64,000 bases of DNA from a virus (Duplodnaviria > Caudoviricetes): the IMG/VR virus record IMGVR_UViG_3300024346_000004. One strand, written 5' to 3'. Within the stretch, counting starts at the first letter, position 1, and every line of letters begins with the position of its first letter. Of this stretch, positions 26,606 to 38,100 are shown piece by piece. The notes beneath the pieces are model-generated. The model worked only from the letters and a program-made list of their open reading frames with translations, ran no database searches and was not told where the DNA came from. Both the position numbers and the translations under genes were made by a program.

Positions 26606-29600
26606 CTTATTTTAATTTTTACTTTCCCTAAAGAATCTAAAACTCCTGTATTAAATACAAATCTTCTCTTTACACCAGTATAATTCGTTTCATCCTTAAA
26701 ATCTAAATGTAATACACAATATTTACTATAAGAATTATTTCTGAAATTATTCCATTGTGTGTATATTTTTGTATCTAGTAAATAAATATCAGTCACACCT
26801 ATTGCTTGAGATGTGTAAATATAATTAGATACATCATTAAATCCATTAATAGCTAAGATACAATATCCAGGACCAGGACTGTTACCCGTAAGTATTCTGA
26901 ACGGATGATAACCAGCTGTAGCATAATATGTTGCAACTACTGGTGTACTAGAGGCTGATGCAAAATATATTAAAGAGTTTGCTGCTGAATAATTTTCTTC
27001 TAATGCAGCAGATCCGACATATAATCTACCTTCATCATCATTAGCTAAAGAAATAGAAACTGTTTGATCAGTAGTAACATATAAATATCCGAAAAATTCA
27101 TAACTTGTATATTCTGGTACAGCACTATTATTCATATTAGTTACAACAGTAGTTGCAGTAGGTGCATTCGTTTTGAAATATGATAAATTACCACCCCAAT
27201 AGCTTCCAAATGTTTTTCTTGTAAATCCAACAAGACTACTTCCATCCGGAGCTGAAGTTGCTGTTTGTATTGAATTTAATGCATATCCTTTTAAAATAAA
27301 TAAATTATCTAGATATCCTTTCATATAAGAATTTACATTTGAAATATTTCCACATCCAATATTTAATGTATTAGTAGTGTTATTAAATATTGTAGTATTT
27401 GTAACTTTATTTTTTCTTGTCCCATTTAAAAAGGTACATATTTCTCCATTTTTTCTAAAAACAGAAATCCTATTCCAATCATTTAATAATTCTGATAAAT
27501 TGCAGATTTCAATAAATGTATTAGCACTACTATTCCCAATATAAAATACTAACTTATCTACACTAGAATTTGTTTCTTTCCCAATTTCCCAACCACTATC
27601 TCTACCTGCTCCCCCAAAACTCAAAATTCTAAAAGATGATCCGCCAAAATCAGATAATGAGAATGGTTTATAGAAAAATTCAATATGAAAATCTGTGTCA
27701 AAATTATAATCCCTAGAATTACCAGTTGATATATAACTGTTATTGAAATAAACTGAATTTGCACTGTTTTTCTTTTGTGATGAAATAAATGTATTATTAG
27801 AATTAATTATTTTTTTACTACTTGACTTGTCTGAAATTTGTCCAGTAGTCCATAAGTTCATGTATGTTTCTAATTTTCCATACGTAACATTTTCAGAAGA
27901 TTGACTAGCATAAAGAGTATCATTGTTGTAAATATCAATAGTATATGGTAATCCTGTATTTAGCATATGATTTTGGTTTAAATAAATTGTATTACTATTA
28001 CTAATTGTGTTTTTAGTATCAAAATCAAAATCAATAGCTGTGTCACGATTATAAATAACGGTCAGGCTATGAATTCTTGCATAAATTCCTGATCCTCCAA
28101 TAGTTTTGAACATGATCTTGAATTGAATTTTATCAGTTGCAGTAAAAGATGATAAATTCTTTGCATCAGATATTAATGTCCAAGATCCTGAATCATCGAC
28201 CATACCAGTGTTTCTAGCATATATTTTAAAAGTATCAGCTGTTATTCCTTGTTCCAAATCTCCAAGATAATCATCATATTCTATAAATAATTTATCAAAT
28301 CCAATATTATCTGGGCATGAAATTATCGGAGTTATTGCAAAACATTTAAATTTATCCGCTAAGGTATAATCTGCACAATAGATTTCAGGATAAATAGCAT
28401 TATTGTCTGTTCTATAGTATATGCCTTCAACACATACACCATATTGTCTAACTTGGTTTCTTAATGTTGAGTATGAGTTTGGGCGAATAGTGTTATCCAT
28501 TGAGTCTCTATAAAGACCATACCCACCTCCGAAACCTATAAATCCATCTGAAGGTCTATTTGTAACACTGAATTCTAATATTTCACATTTATTGCCCTGC
28601 CTATAAGAAAGATATCTACCCATCCCAAATTTATCAGTGAACGGGTCATAGGACATATCCATATAGGAAGTTAGACCAATAGACTCGTCATTCATATTAG
28701 TAACGACATTTGCTCTTTCATAAATGTAACTTTTCCCATTCTCGATCGAATATTCTGGGACTCTAAATAAATAACGATAATCATAATGATAATAAAGTGA
28801 ATTTACGCCTTTGCCTGTACTGTGATTGACATTAGCAAAACATCCTACTCTACTATCTCTACCCATGACATTTAAGGGACTATGATCCACTTCTAATGTT
28901 TTGAATAAATAAGCAGATGTTGATCTTCCTGATGATAAACCTGTGAGAGGCGCTCTAATATTAAATTTGTAAATAGAGCCACGTAAGTTACTTGATATGT
29001 TTGATATCATAGTATACATATATTGTGTCTGATTATCAATTTTTGGGCCTAAAAATGCGAAAGCAGAATTATACATAGTAGATGTCATAGCATCTGATAA
29101 TATGTATGTAGCTCTTTGGTTATCTACAGTAGTAGCCATTGGTACTGTAAAGTTATTTAAATCAAAGAAATTGTAATTAATTCCTTTAGTTATAAAAATA
29201 CCGTTGTTAGCAGCAACGTAATTTGTTTGAACAAGATTTTGAATAAATCTGATTTCTTCAATTACGTAAGGTGTATTAGCTGGTACATTATTTTGTAAAG
29301 CTTCTGTTATAGTAATATTTGTATTTGAATTAATTGCAGTAATTTGATACCATGTTTTAATCAAACTAGCATCTTTAGAACCAAAACCAATTCTAGCCCC
29401 TACTGCAATTTGATCAGTCACCCAAAGAGTGTTAGTTCCTGTTACAGTAGATCCAGTGGCAGATATCGTTCCAATGTTATGTCTGTCTACAGTCACTTTG
29501 AAAAAATCATCAAAATAGTTGTTTGGTCTCGGTAAATAGATTCTTCCTTTATAATACTTGTCATCTGTTTTTGTATTATGTTCATATAAACCTATTGTAT

Positions 29601-31086
29601 TGTAGTTGCTATTTGTGTTTTGATTTGTAAACAACCAAGTTATGTCATTACTATACTTAAAAGCATCAATCATCCAAGAACCAACTGCAGAATAGTAATA
29701 AGCACTATATAAAGCTTGATTACTCATTGTGGATAGATAATTTTTTGATCTACTTGTTTTATCAGTATAGAGTTTAATATATTTGCCTAAATTGAGTTTA
29801 TTAGGGTGATATCCTGTTGAGTTAAAACTTTTAGGTTCTTCGTTTAATGTTGTTTGTCCTATATCGTCAAAATGATTAGCATCTCTCAATACATATAGTA
29901 ACTGATATTTATTGTCTACATATTTATAAATTTTGTAATATGTTGCAAAATCATACATATCCCATGTCAATCTAACAAAATTACTAGATGATAAGGTTAT
30001 ATTTCCATTAGAAACAGTTATTGTATTTGATGGTAAAGATTCTCCATCATCATTACAGGAAGATATTTTATATAAATATTGAGTACTGCCTGTTGTGCCA
30101 AAGACTTCACTTGTAATATTACTAGGTGATAGTATTGGAATATAATTAGTTGTCTTGATATTCGCATCAAAATCAATTCTAGAAGATAGTTTTGGTTCTA
30201 ATAAATTATTTAAATTCAGTTTACTATTACCAAAATTTTCTGCTGATGAAATTGAAGGTGAAGAAATAGTAATTCTACCGGGAAAAATATGGCTTCCTAA
30301 TGATTCAGCTGATGTGATACTTGGAACTTTTATTTGATTTCTTAAGGATACATAATATTTATAAGCTGGAGGAGATTCGATTAATTGGTAAGGATTTTCA
30401 TGTAAGGATTTAATTTCAGAATCAGTTAATACTTTATTAAAAATCATTACATAATCAATATAACCTTTAAAAGTTCTTGAACTAGGATCAGAGTTGTACC
30501 ATCTCTTACCTATAGTTAACGGATATGCATTAGGCGTGACATTAAATTGAAAATTTCCACTTTGCCATAATGTTCTTAAATTGCCATCATAAGCCATTCG
30601 CATTATAGCACTAGATGATGTTTTTTGGTATGTATTAGTAAATGTGTACCATATATTATTGTAATAGTTAATGTTAGTAGCAGCATATGGATAACCAACA
30701 TCAAACCATGACTGTGTGTTTATATACCAGAATGCTAATTCTTCATCTGTATCACTAACACCCTTGCCTAAAACATCATTCCACCTAGATTGAATGTCTA
30801 ATGAGTTTACTCTTACAAACATAGATACAGCATTTGGTGAGCTTAGGGTATTAGAATCAGGGACTTCAACATAATCATTAACTCCATCTAAGAATAATGC
30901 ATTATTAAGGAATGAAGCACCATTTTTGAGAACTCCATGATTCCCATTTCCACTCAAATCATAGGCAACATTTCCTCCTTGTTCATTAAATAGATAACAA
31001 GCCATTACATGTGTAGCTAATGGGTGATTTAAATTTAAAGTGGAGCCTAATGGTGGCTTATAATTATATTGTGAGTAATCTAACAT
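26602..31086 (-). CDS. Array paralog 4 (1494 aa; LamG + core with nested LamG/PA14)
   Basis: Shared core; PA14-like FGYLY..LANDDEGRLYVG..GYHPFRI inserted near the C-terminus. Confidence 0.72.
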   Translation of the reverse strand: MLDYSQYNYKPPLGSTLNLNHPLATHVMACYLFNEQGGNVAYDLSGNGNHGVLKNGASFLNNALFLDGVNDYVEVPDSNTLSSPNAVSMFVRVNSLDIQSRWNDVLGKGVSDTDEELAFWYINTQSWFDVGYPYAATNINYYNNIWYTFTNTYQKTSSSAIMRMAYDGNLRTLWQSGNFQFNVTPNAYPLTIGKRWYNSDPSSRTFKGYIDYVMIFNKVLTDSEIKSLHENPYQLIESPPAYKYYVSLRNQIKVPSITSAESLGSHIFPGRITISSPSISSAENFGNSKLNLNNLLEPKLSSRIDFDANIKTTNYIPILSPSNITSEVFGTTGSTQYLYKISSCNDDGESLPSNTITVSNGNITLSSSNFVRLTWDMYDFATYYKIYKYVDNKYQLLYVLRDANHFDDIGQTTLNEEPKSFNSTGYHPNKLNLGKYIKLYTDKTSRSKNYLSTMSNQALYSAYYYSAVGSWMIDAFKYSNDITWLFTNQNTNSNYNTIGLYEHNTKTDDKYYKGRIYLPRPNNYFDDFFKVTVDRHNIGTISATGSTVTGTNTLWVTDQIAVGARIGFGSKDASLIKTWYQITAINSNTNITITEALQNNVPANTPYVIEEIRFIQNLVQTNYVAANNGIFITKGINYNFFDLNNFTVPMATTVDNQRATYILSDAMTSTMYNSAFAFLGPKIDNQTQYMYTMISNISSNLRGSIYKFNIRAPLTGLSSGRSTSAYLFKTLEVDHSPLNVMGRDSRVGCFANVNHSTGKGVNSLYYHYDYRYLFRVPEYSIENGKSYIYERANVVTNMNDESIGLTSYMDMSYDPFTDKFGMGRYLSYRQGNKCEILEFSVTNRPSDGFIGFGGGYGLYRDSMDNTIRPNSYSTLRNQVRQYGVCVEGIYYRTDNNAIYPEIYCADYTLADKFKCFAITPIISCPDNIGFDKLFIEYDDYLGDLEQGITADTFKIYARNTGMVDDSGSWTLISDAKNLSSFTATDKIQFKIMFKTIGGSGIYARIHSLTVIYNRDTAIDFDFDTKNTISNSNTIYLNQNHMLNTGLPYTIDIYNNDTLYASQSSENVTYGKLETYMNLWTTGQISDKSSSKKIINSNNTFISSQKKNSANSVYFNNSYISTGNSRDYNFDTDFHIEFFYKPFSLSDFGGSSFRILSFGGAGRDSGWEIGKETNSSVDKLVFYIGNSSANTFIEICNLSELLNDWNRISVFRKNGEICTFLNGTRKNKVTNTTIFNNTTNTLNIGCGNISNVNSYMKGYLDNLFILKGYALNSIQTATSAPDGSSLVGFTRKTFGSYWGGNLSYFKTNAPTATTVVTNMNNSAVPEYTSYEFFGYLYVTTDQTVSISLANDDEGRLYVGSAALEENYSAANSLIYFASASSTPVVATYYATAGYHPFRILTGNSPGPGYCILAINGFNDVSNYIYTSQAIGVTDIYLLDTKIYTQWNNFRNNSYSKYCVLHLDFKDETNYTGVKRRFVFNTGVLDSLGKVKIKIR

Positions 31087-31511
31087 TATAGGTGAATAAC
31101 TAGTCTCTTAGTTCCTGAAGTAGTGAATAAAATATCGCCTAAAATCTGCCCTAAACCAGCATCAGTCCATGTAGCCCCACCGTCTACAGATCTTTCTAAA
31201 TATAAAATTACATTACCATTAGAAGATACTGGTGCTGTTACTGTTAACTCAACTTCAGCTCCGATATATGCATTAGCTAAATTATCAATAATGTTAGAAT
31301 ATAAATACCCAAGATTTCCCACTGATGTTGCTCCACCTAAAGGAACAAATGAAAGGTTTAATATTGTTGAGAAAGATGAATCAAAAATTATTTCACCCGC
31401 ACTACTAATCTTCCATGGTCTGATTCTAAGTACTACCCCACCCGCAGTACTAATTGTTTGACCAGTTCTATTTTCTACTGCAAATCTATATGTAGGTCCT
31501 AAAATACTCAT
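31086..31511 (-). CDS. Small beta-sandwich cassette protein (paralog of 40618-41037)
   Basis: MS.LGP..RF.V.N.TGQTI..G.VILY.ERS.D.G.T..D.GLGQ..FTTSG.KR..HL shared between the two. Confidence 0.7.
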   Translation of the reverse strand: MSILGPTYRFAVENRTGQTISTAGGVVLRIRPWKISSAGEIIFDSSFSTILNLSFVPLGGATSVGNLGYLYSNIIDNLANAYIGAEVELTVTAPVSSNGNVILYLERSVDGGATWTDAGLGQILGDILFTTSGTKRLVIHL

Positions 31512-34500
31512 TATTTAACCTCTAGCTCAACGTCATATTCTATATTTTTTTGTAAAGAAGTTGAAGGTACAAATCTTCTTCTTAATCCAATTTGGTTTGG
31601 ACCATAACCTTTTTGCCATCCCGCTGAGTAATATTCAAAATCTCCAGTAGAAGATCTATCTGAATTTTGTATTAAATACAATTTATTATTATTCTTATTG
31701 TAGTATTTAATAGTAAAAGAAGGAATGGTTTTATATAATTCATTTTGTACAAATCCTACAATTGCAGAAGATGTATTACTGTCAGATAAGTTCCATGAGA
31801 ATCCTTTGGAAATAGTTTCCTTATTATCATATTCTATACTAAATCCATAAATCTTTTTTGTTTTACAATAGTGCAAAAATAAAGATGATTCAATTCTTAC
31901 TTGTAATTTCCCATTATTTTGAATTCCACTTATATTTCCTAAAGAATCTATCAACGTCCATTTGCCTGAATCATCTTCAATTCCATTATTTCTTACATAT
32001 AATCTAATTGGTTCTGGGGAAAATGAATTTGTATTATCTCCATATAAAACATTAGTATTTAAATGTATTCTTTTAAGTAAAGTATTTCTATCTAAATAAA
32101 TAATTGGAGATATGCAATAGTTCTTGAATTTATCTGCAAATGTCCAGTGAGCAACATGTGGGAATGCAAAAATAGTATTAGCACTTCTGATACTATTTGA
32201 TCTTAATAGATATGACCAACCATTTAAACTTCTAATAAAATTTTCAGCACACTGTATTGCGTCTACTAAATCATCAGGTTTTGCTAATGGATTACTAATT
32301 CCCGAAAAACTAAACATATTAGTGTCAATAAATTTATCAATATTTCCTAATGTTGAAATATATCCTTTTAACAAATAAAGTGCAGAAGGTGGATAAATTA
32401 CTCTGTCTAATAAAGAATCATATCCAATATTATCTTGATAATTCCTACTTTGATATAATAATACATCTATGTTTGGTATCATGATTAGTAGTGGAGTACT
32501 GTGAGTAAATAATTCTATATTGTTTGCATATATATCAGAATCTTTAATAACTGTCACTCCACTTGTAGATGTAAATATGATAATAGGAGTATCTTTATAA
32601 ATACCATGTCTAGGTGTACAGAATTCCCCATTCATTAAAGATCTATCACGGTTAATAATAGGTATCGTTCCACCACATGTTAACACTAATGAATCTACAA
32701 ATGTTGATACAGTAGAGTTTACACCTAATAAAGAAAAGTCAAAAGTTCTAGCAATACCCGGACCTGAATATTCTAGAAAAATTCCACCACCATAACCATT
32801 ATCACCACATATTAATCTTAAGAATATAGGCCCAGCAGATAAAGTAATGCTTGCACTTACTTCATAAAATCCATGACTACCAGGTTCTGATAAAAAGGCA
32901 TTAGCAGTAGTAAATCCACTCTCTGCATTTGCTCCGATCCAAAAATAACTAGCGTCATCAGATCTTAAATAAAATGTATATGAACCTGGTGTTGTTATAT
33001 TTATATAACCATAATAATGATATGTCCATGCTGGTATAGATATATTTAAATTAATTGTATTAAAATTTCCACCATAAGTGGGGACATTACTATTTATAAA
33101 ATTTATATTATCAGCAAAATAACCAGAAAATTCGTACTTAACGAAACCAGGTAATGTTTGTGATGAAATAGTCATGGTTTGTCTAATGTTATATTTTTTA
33201 ATACCTATGACATTAGACGTTCCGATATAGTATACACAATAAACATATTGTGTATTGTAATCATCCATAGGCTTTAGCGGCATTGCAAAAATAGTACCAA
33301 CTATAGAAGGATTGGATAAATTGTAGATATTTGCGCCAATTGGGTCTGTTAATGTTGATAAGTATGTTTTGCCTAAGAAAAAATCATTTTCAGTAACACC
33401 TTTGACCAAATAGAGGTTTGTTGTTGTATGAAAAATAATTCTTACTTCTTCTATAACATAAGGTGTATTATTAGTTATATTTTCTGTAACTGTTTGTGAT
33501 AATGTTAAAGATGTGTCTGATGGTAAATCTGTAATGTAATACCATTTATCTACAAGATGTGGTTCTGTAGTACCAAAGCCTATTCTTGAATTTTTAGAAA
33601 AGTTAGATGTTCTCCAAGATGTATTAGTTCCAGTGACAGTTGTACCAGTGGCAGAAATAGTACCAGTAGAATATCTGGTAATAGCCATTTTGATATTTGT
33701 AATACCGTAGGATCCCGTTATACCAATATCCCCTACAAATGTCATTTTTCCTGTTGACTTAAAATGTTTATATAATGCAAATCTTCTTGGATTACCTGTA
33801 GATGGTCTATCTAAAACAATATAGTTGATATCATCTGACCAAGCAGCTACATCCATAATATAAGCATAAACATCTTGAGCTTGATAAATACTGTCATATT
33901 TAGGTCTAGCTATATCAAAATCTTTTAATTTGACATAATTATCTTCTTTATTAGCTCCTGTAAATAAAGAATAATATGTCCCTAATGATAATTTCTTGTA
34001 ATCGTATCCACCTGAAGCATTTGTTACAAGAGTTCCATTAGGGGTTATAGTTCCAGTGTCATCAAAATGGGTATAGATTGTAGTTGTTAATAATTGTTCA
34101 CTACCATTTATTCTTCCATATATTTTATAACTTGCGGCTCCATCAACCCAATTCCATTTGATTCTATTAAAATTATTTGATGATAAAGTTGAATTACCAG
34201 TAGTTGTTATTACTGCATCTGTGGCTATAGATTCACTAAATTCATCCACAGCTTTTATTCTGTATGAGTAAGATGTAGAACCAGAAGTGCCAAAATTTGT
34301 GATTGTTACATTTGATGGTTTATCTATTACAGTATATCTTGTATATTGTGTTGATTGATTGAATTCAAAATCTTTTACATATTTAACTATGCTTGATACA
34401 TTTTTATAAGGTGCTGGATTAAATGTACTTAATATTGGTAGTTTTTCTTCTGATGTAATACTTGAAGCTGATAAAGATCTGTTTTGTGAATAAGAATAAT

Positions 34501-35191
34501 AGTTTAAAGCTGCTGGAGGATTGATAAATTGATAAGGTTGTTCATATAGCGACAATACTTCTTCAGCAGATAAAGCACGATTGTATATTTGAATAAGACC
34601 TAGATTAAAGCTGGCATATACTGAGCTAGCTTTAGCAATACGAAGGTTAGGAAACGGATTTGAAAGTGTGGAATTATTTGAAGAGCCAAAATAAATTCCA
34701 TTTTTATAAGCCAAACTAACACCCGAACCATTATCTCTAATTAAGGTATAATTTATCCAAACTCCCAATGGCGGAACTTCATAAAAATCAGCAAAGTTTC
34801 CAGGGTTTGCTCTGAAATAAAACACACCGTTATATGTAAAAAAACTCCAGCTCCACGAGCCAGAACCATAAACGTCATTTCCTACATATACAAGAGGGCC
34901 ATTTTGTAAACTATTGAATTTAACCCAAATACTAACAGTATTTGCCTCTGGTGTGTATGAAGAAAAATCTACATAATCGTTAGTTCCGTCAAACTTAAGT
35001 GACCCCAAATTTTCAGGAGTTATTAAAACCCCATTTAATAAATTTCCATTATTATCTTTAGCCAAATCATAAATCTTATTTCCGGCTTGTTCATTAAATA
35101 GCCAGCATCCCACCAGTCCTTGAGAGAGAGGATGATTGAAATCTATTGTGGATCCTAAAGCAGGTTTGATTTGTGATTTATTATTAAACAT
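31511..35191 (-). CDS. Array paralog 3 (1226 aa; LamG + core with internal PA14)
   Basis: KPALGS..HPLSQGLVGCWLFNE; PA14 GSYTFYLRSDDASYFWIG inside the core. Confidence 0.72.
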   Translation of the reverse strand: MFNNKSQIKPALGSTIDFNHPLSQGLVGCWLFNEQAGNKIYDLAKDNNGNLLNGVLITPENLGSLKFDGTNDYVDFSSYTPEANTVSIWVKFNSLQNGPLVYVGNDVYGSGSWSWSFFTYNGVFYFRANPGNFADFYEVPPLGVWINYTLIRDNGSGVSLAYKNGIYFGSSNNSTLSNPFPNLRIAKASSVYASFNLGLIQIYNRALSAEEVLSLYEQPYQFINPPAALNYYSYSQNRSLSASSITSEEKLPILSTFNPAPYKNVSSIVKYVKDFEFNQSTQYTRYTVIDKPSNVTITNFGTSGSTSYSYRIKAVDEFSESIATDAVITTTGNSTLSSNNFNRIKWNWVDGAASYKIYGRINGSEQLLTTTIYTHFDDTGTITPNGTLVTNASGGYDYKKLSLGTYYSLFTGANKEDNYVKLKDFDIARPKYDSIYQAQDVYAYIMDVAAWSDDINYIVLDRPSTGNPRRFALYKHFKSTGKMTFVGDIGITGSYGITNIKMAITRYSTGTISATGTTVTGTNTSWRTSNFSKNSRIGFGTTEPHLVDKWYYITDLPSDTSLTLSQTVTENITNNTPYVIEEVRIIFHTTTNLYLVKGVTENDFFLGKTYLSTLTDPIGANIYNLSNPSIVGTIFAMPLKPMDDYNTQYVYCVYYIGTSNVIGIKKYNIRQTMTISSQTLPGFVKYEFSGYFADNINFINSNVPTYGGNFNTINLNISIPAWTYHYYGYINITTPGSYTFYLRSDDASYFWIGANAESGFTTANAFLSEPGSHGFYEVSASITLSAGPIFLRLICGDNGYGGGIFLEYSGPGIARTFDFSLLGVNSTVSTFVDSLVLTCGGTIPIINRDRSLMNGEFCTPRHGIYKDTPIIIFTSTSGVTVIKDSDIYANNIELFTHSTPLLIMIPNIDVLLYQSRNYQDNIGYDSLLDRVIYPPSALYLLKGYISTLGNIDKFIDTNMFSFSGISNPLAKPDDLVDAIQCAENFIRSLNGWSYLLRSNSIRSANTIFAFPHVAHWTFADKFKNYCISPIIYLDRNTLLKRIHLNTNVLYGDNTNSFSPEPIRLYVRNNGIEDDSGKWTLIDSLGNISGIQNNGKLQVRIESSLFLHYCKTKKIYGFSIEYDNKETISKGFSWNLSDSNTSSAIVGFVQNELYKTIPSFTIKYYNKNNNKLYLIQNSDRSSTGDFEYYSAGWQKGYGPNQIGLRRRFVPSTSLQKNIEYDVELEVK

Positions 35192-35193
35192 AA

Positions 35194-38100
35194 CTAAAAA
35201 TTAAATTTATCTCTAAAGTAGTTTGACATTTCTAATACTTCTGCATCTGACATAGTTCTATTAACAACCATCATCGCATATATTCTTCCATCTGAAAATG
35301 GATATAAAGGATAGTTTGATGAATTCCCAATAGAGAAAAACCCAAATAATGTTTCCAATGTAGCATTAACTCTATTAGTTATAAAAAATTTCTGACCATC
35401 TTTGTACATTCTAAATCTTTCATATCCATAAATAGTAGAAGAGTTAGACGTATTACTGTAAGAAAAAGTCATTACTGTATTTTCATCATAATTTTCTACA
35501 TAAAATCTCGGTGCTGAGTATGTACTTTGCCAGTTATCAGAAGTATAATAATATCTACTATTACAGTTATAAGTTAATTCTGTACCTCTCCCATAATATC
35601 CATATACAGGAGTAGCAGATCCATGGTATAAAAGCATACAGTTGTCAGAAACACCATATTGATTAGGCACAGTTTGATTTCTGATAACAAAAAATATTGT
35701 AAAATCTTGATTATAAAATGGATATGATTTAGCCAGTGTATTTGCCGCTACTGGAGTAAAGAAATCATTTACAGAAAATGTTGTAAAATATCCAGCTTTA
35801 TTCCATTCAACATGTCCTTGAGATTGGAAATGATTACCATATCCACTTAAGTCATACCAAATATTTCCAGACTCAGGATAAGATTTCTTTTCTGAAGCAT
35901 CCAAATATAATACTACATTTTTTAATATAGCATAATCTATATTTGAAGAATATATTCTATTAGGTAAAGTATTAAAAGCTAATTTGGTATCTGACAATGC
36001 TTTCGTAACTTCTACTACTTCCACATCATCGTATATAGATTTAGAACCCAAAAATAATGTGTTTCTTGAAAAAGGTACATTATTTATAAAATTAGTACTT
36101 GTACCTGTTAAAGTTTTCCTATTAGTGTAAGGAGTATATACATAACCATATAAGTTTGAAGTAGATGTAATACCAGGCCCAGATACAGTAAATAAAGTTC
36201 TTCGATCTCCAGCACAAGAGTTCATAATACGTATACTATGATATTCTCCACCATTTAAATTTACAGAATAAGAAACTATTCCAGTGTTAGTGTATATATT
36301 TCTATTAATTTTAGTAAAACCAGAATCTGCAGTATTGCCTATCCACATATATCCAGTTGTCCAAGCTTGATATGTAAAAGTATATGAACCAGTTGTTGGC
36401 GCATAAAATTTCCCATAAAAATCAATTGTATATCCATTTATGCTAGCATGATAAGGTATATCAAAGTTGGTTACATGCTCATAATCTTTCATTAATTCAC
36501 CATTATTATGATCAAAATCTCTATTCTGATCATAAAAACGATAAAATCTTTCTCTCAAACCTGGCACATTAATATTTGAAGTACCAGGATCGATACTGAT
36601 TGTTCCTTCACTATAATAAATAGAGGACGGTAAAGTTTTTCTTACAAGCCCAGTAATTTCATTATCTAGTTTTAAATTAACATCACTATAGATACGAGAT
36701 ATTTCATTATTTGTAACTGATTTGCCGATAATTCTTACTTCATAAATTTTCCCATAAAAACCATAGTTCGAATAACCAGAATTTCCAATTTTAAAACTAC
36801 TAGAAGCTAAAGATAAAGTTGGTGAAATATTTTGTGTTTTATTTAATTTCCCATTTATATATAATGAATAATTTGTTCCTGTAAAGTTTATTATAATATT
36901 GTAAATATATCCAGGTTTAATATTTCCATCAGATATAATAACGCTTGAATTTCCAATCCAGAAGTTAACCTTATAATCACTTGAAATATATAAATGATAA
37001 AAATTATTACCTGTAGATCCATTATTTCTAGATAATAAACTCATATTACTAAAGCTAATGTTTTCATCAACCATAAAAGTAATACTCATACATAAACCAT
37101 TACTATAAAGCTTATTGAATAATGTTGATGTAGCGGTTATAGAAGAATTACCAGATAATACCCATGGTCTATCTATTCCTGTGCTTCTTGTCACATTATC
37201 TAGTATTAAAGTATTGTTATAATCAGATAGATCGTTATCATTAAATCTATCTAATCTTAATAAATCCCATTTTGCAGTATATATGTTATAAATTATTTTT
37301 GCTGTTGAATTAAAAGAATAAGTATTAACATATCTCATTCTCTTTTCAATAGCTTGAGAACCTAATCCATTGACCCATGCGTTATTATAGTATTGAAATT
37401 GTCCATATGTATTATCATCACTTCTTTGTGTGTAGATAGTATTACCAGATATTGCATCTTTAGCTTCAATTACTACTAAGGGTTCAGATTCATATAATAC
37501 ATAATTTTTTTTATATAATTCTTTTTGTTTAAATCCTACTACATTATATAAAGTATTAGAGTCAGACAAATTCCATTTAAATTCTGGGGAAATTATATTT
37601 TTTGTCTCATAAAATAAATCTAAATTATATATTTTACGAGGTATAGCAGAATGTGCCATCATAACAAATTCAAATCTAAATTGACATTTATCTGTAGCTT
37701 TAATATCTGATAAATCATGCATTCGATTTAAAGGTATCCAAATGCCTGTGTTGTCTTCTATACCTTCCGTTCTTATATATAAATTATATTCAGCTGGTAA
37801 TTTAGTAAATCTATCGTCACCTTCGCAAAAATTATCTGATAACATTATTTTAGATAATTTTCTAGCATTATATGTAGAAATGACAGGTGTTATTACAAAC
37901 GCATTATATTTTTTCGCAAACAATTCATCAGCTTTGTAACTTATAACTTGCAATGGATTGAATTGGTCTGTGCTTTCACGGGTAATAAATATTAATCCAT
38001 TTGCAATGTGTGTAAGAGGAGCTAAAGACCAGTTGTAATCGTATGCTACATCATATACTAACTTATTTTGAGGATATGAATAGTGAGCAGATAAATATCT

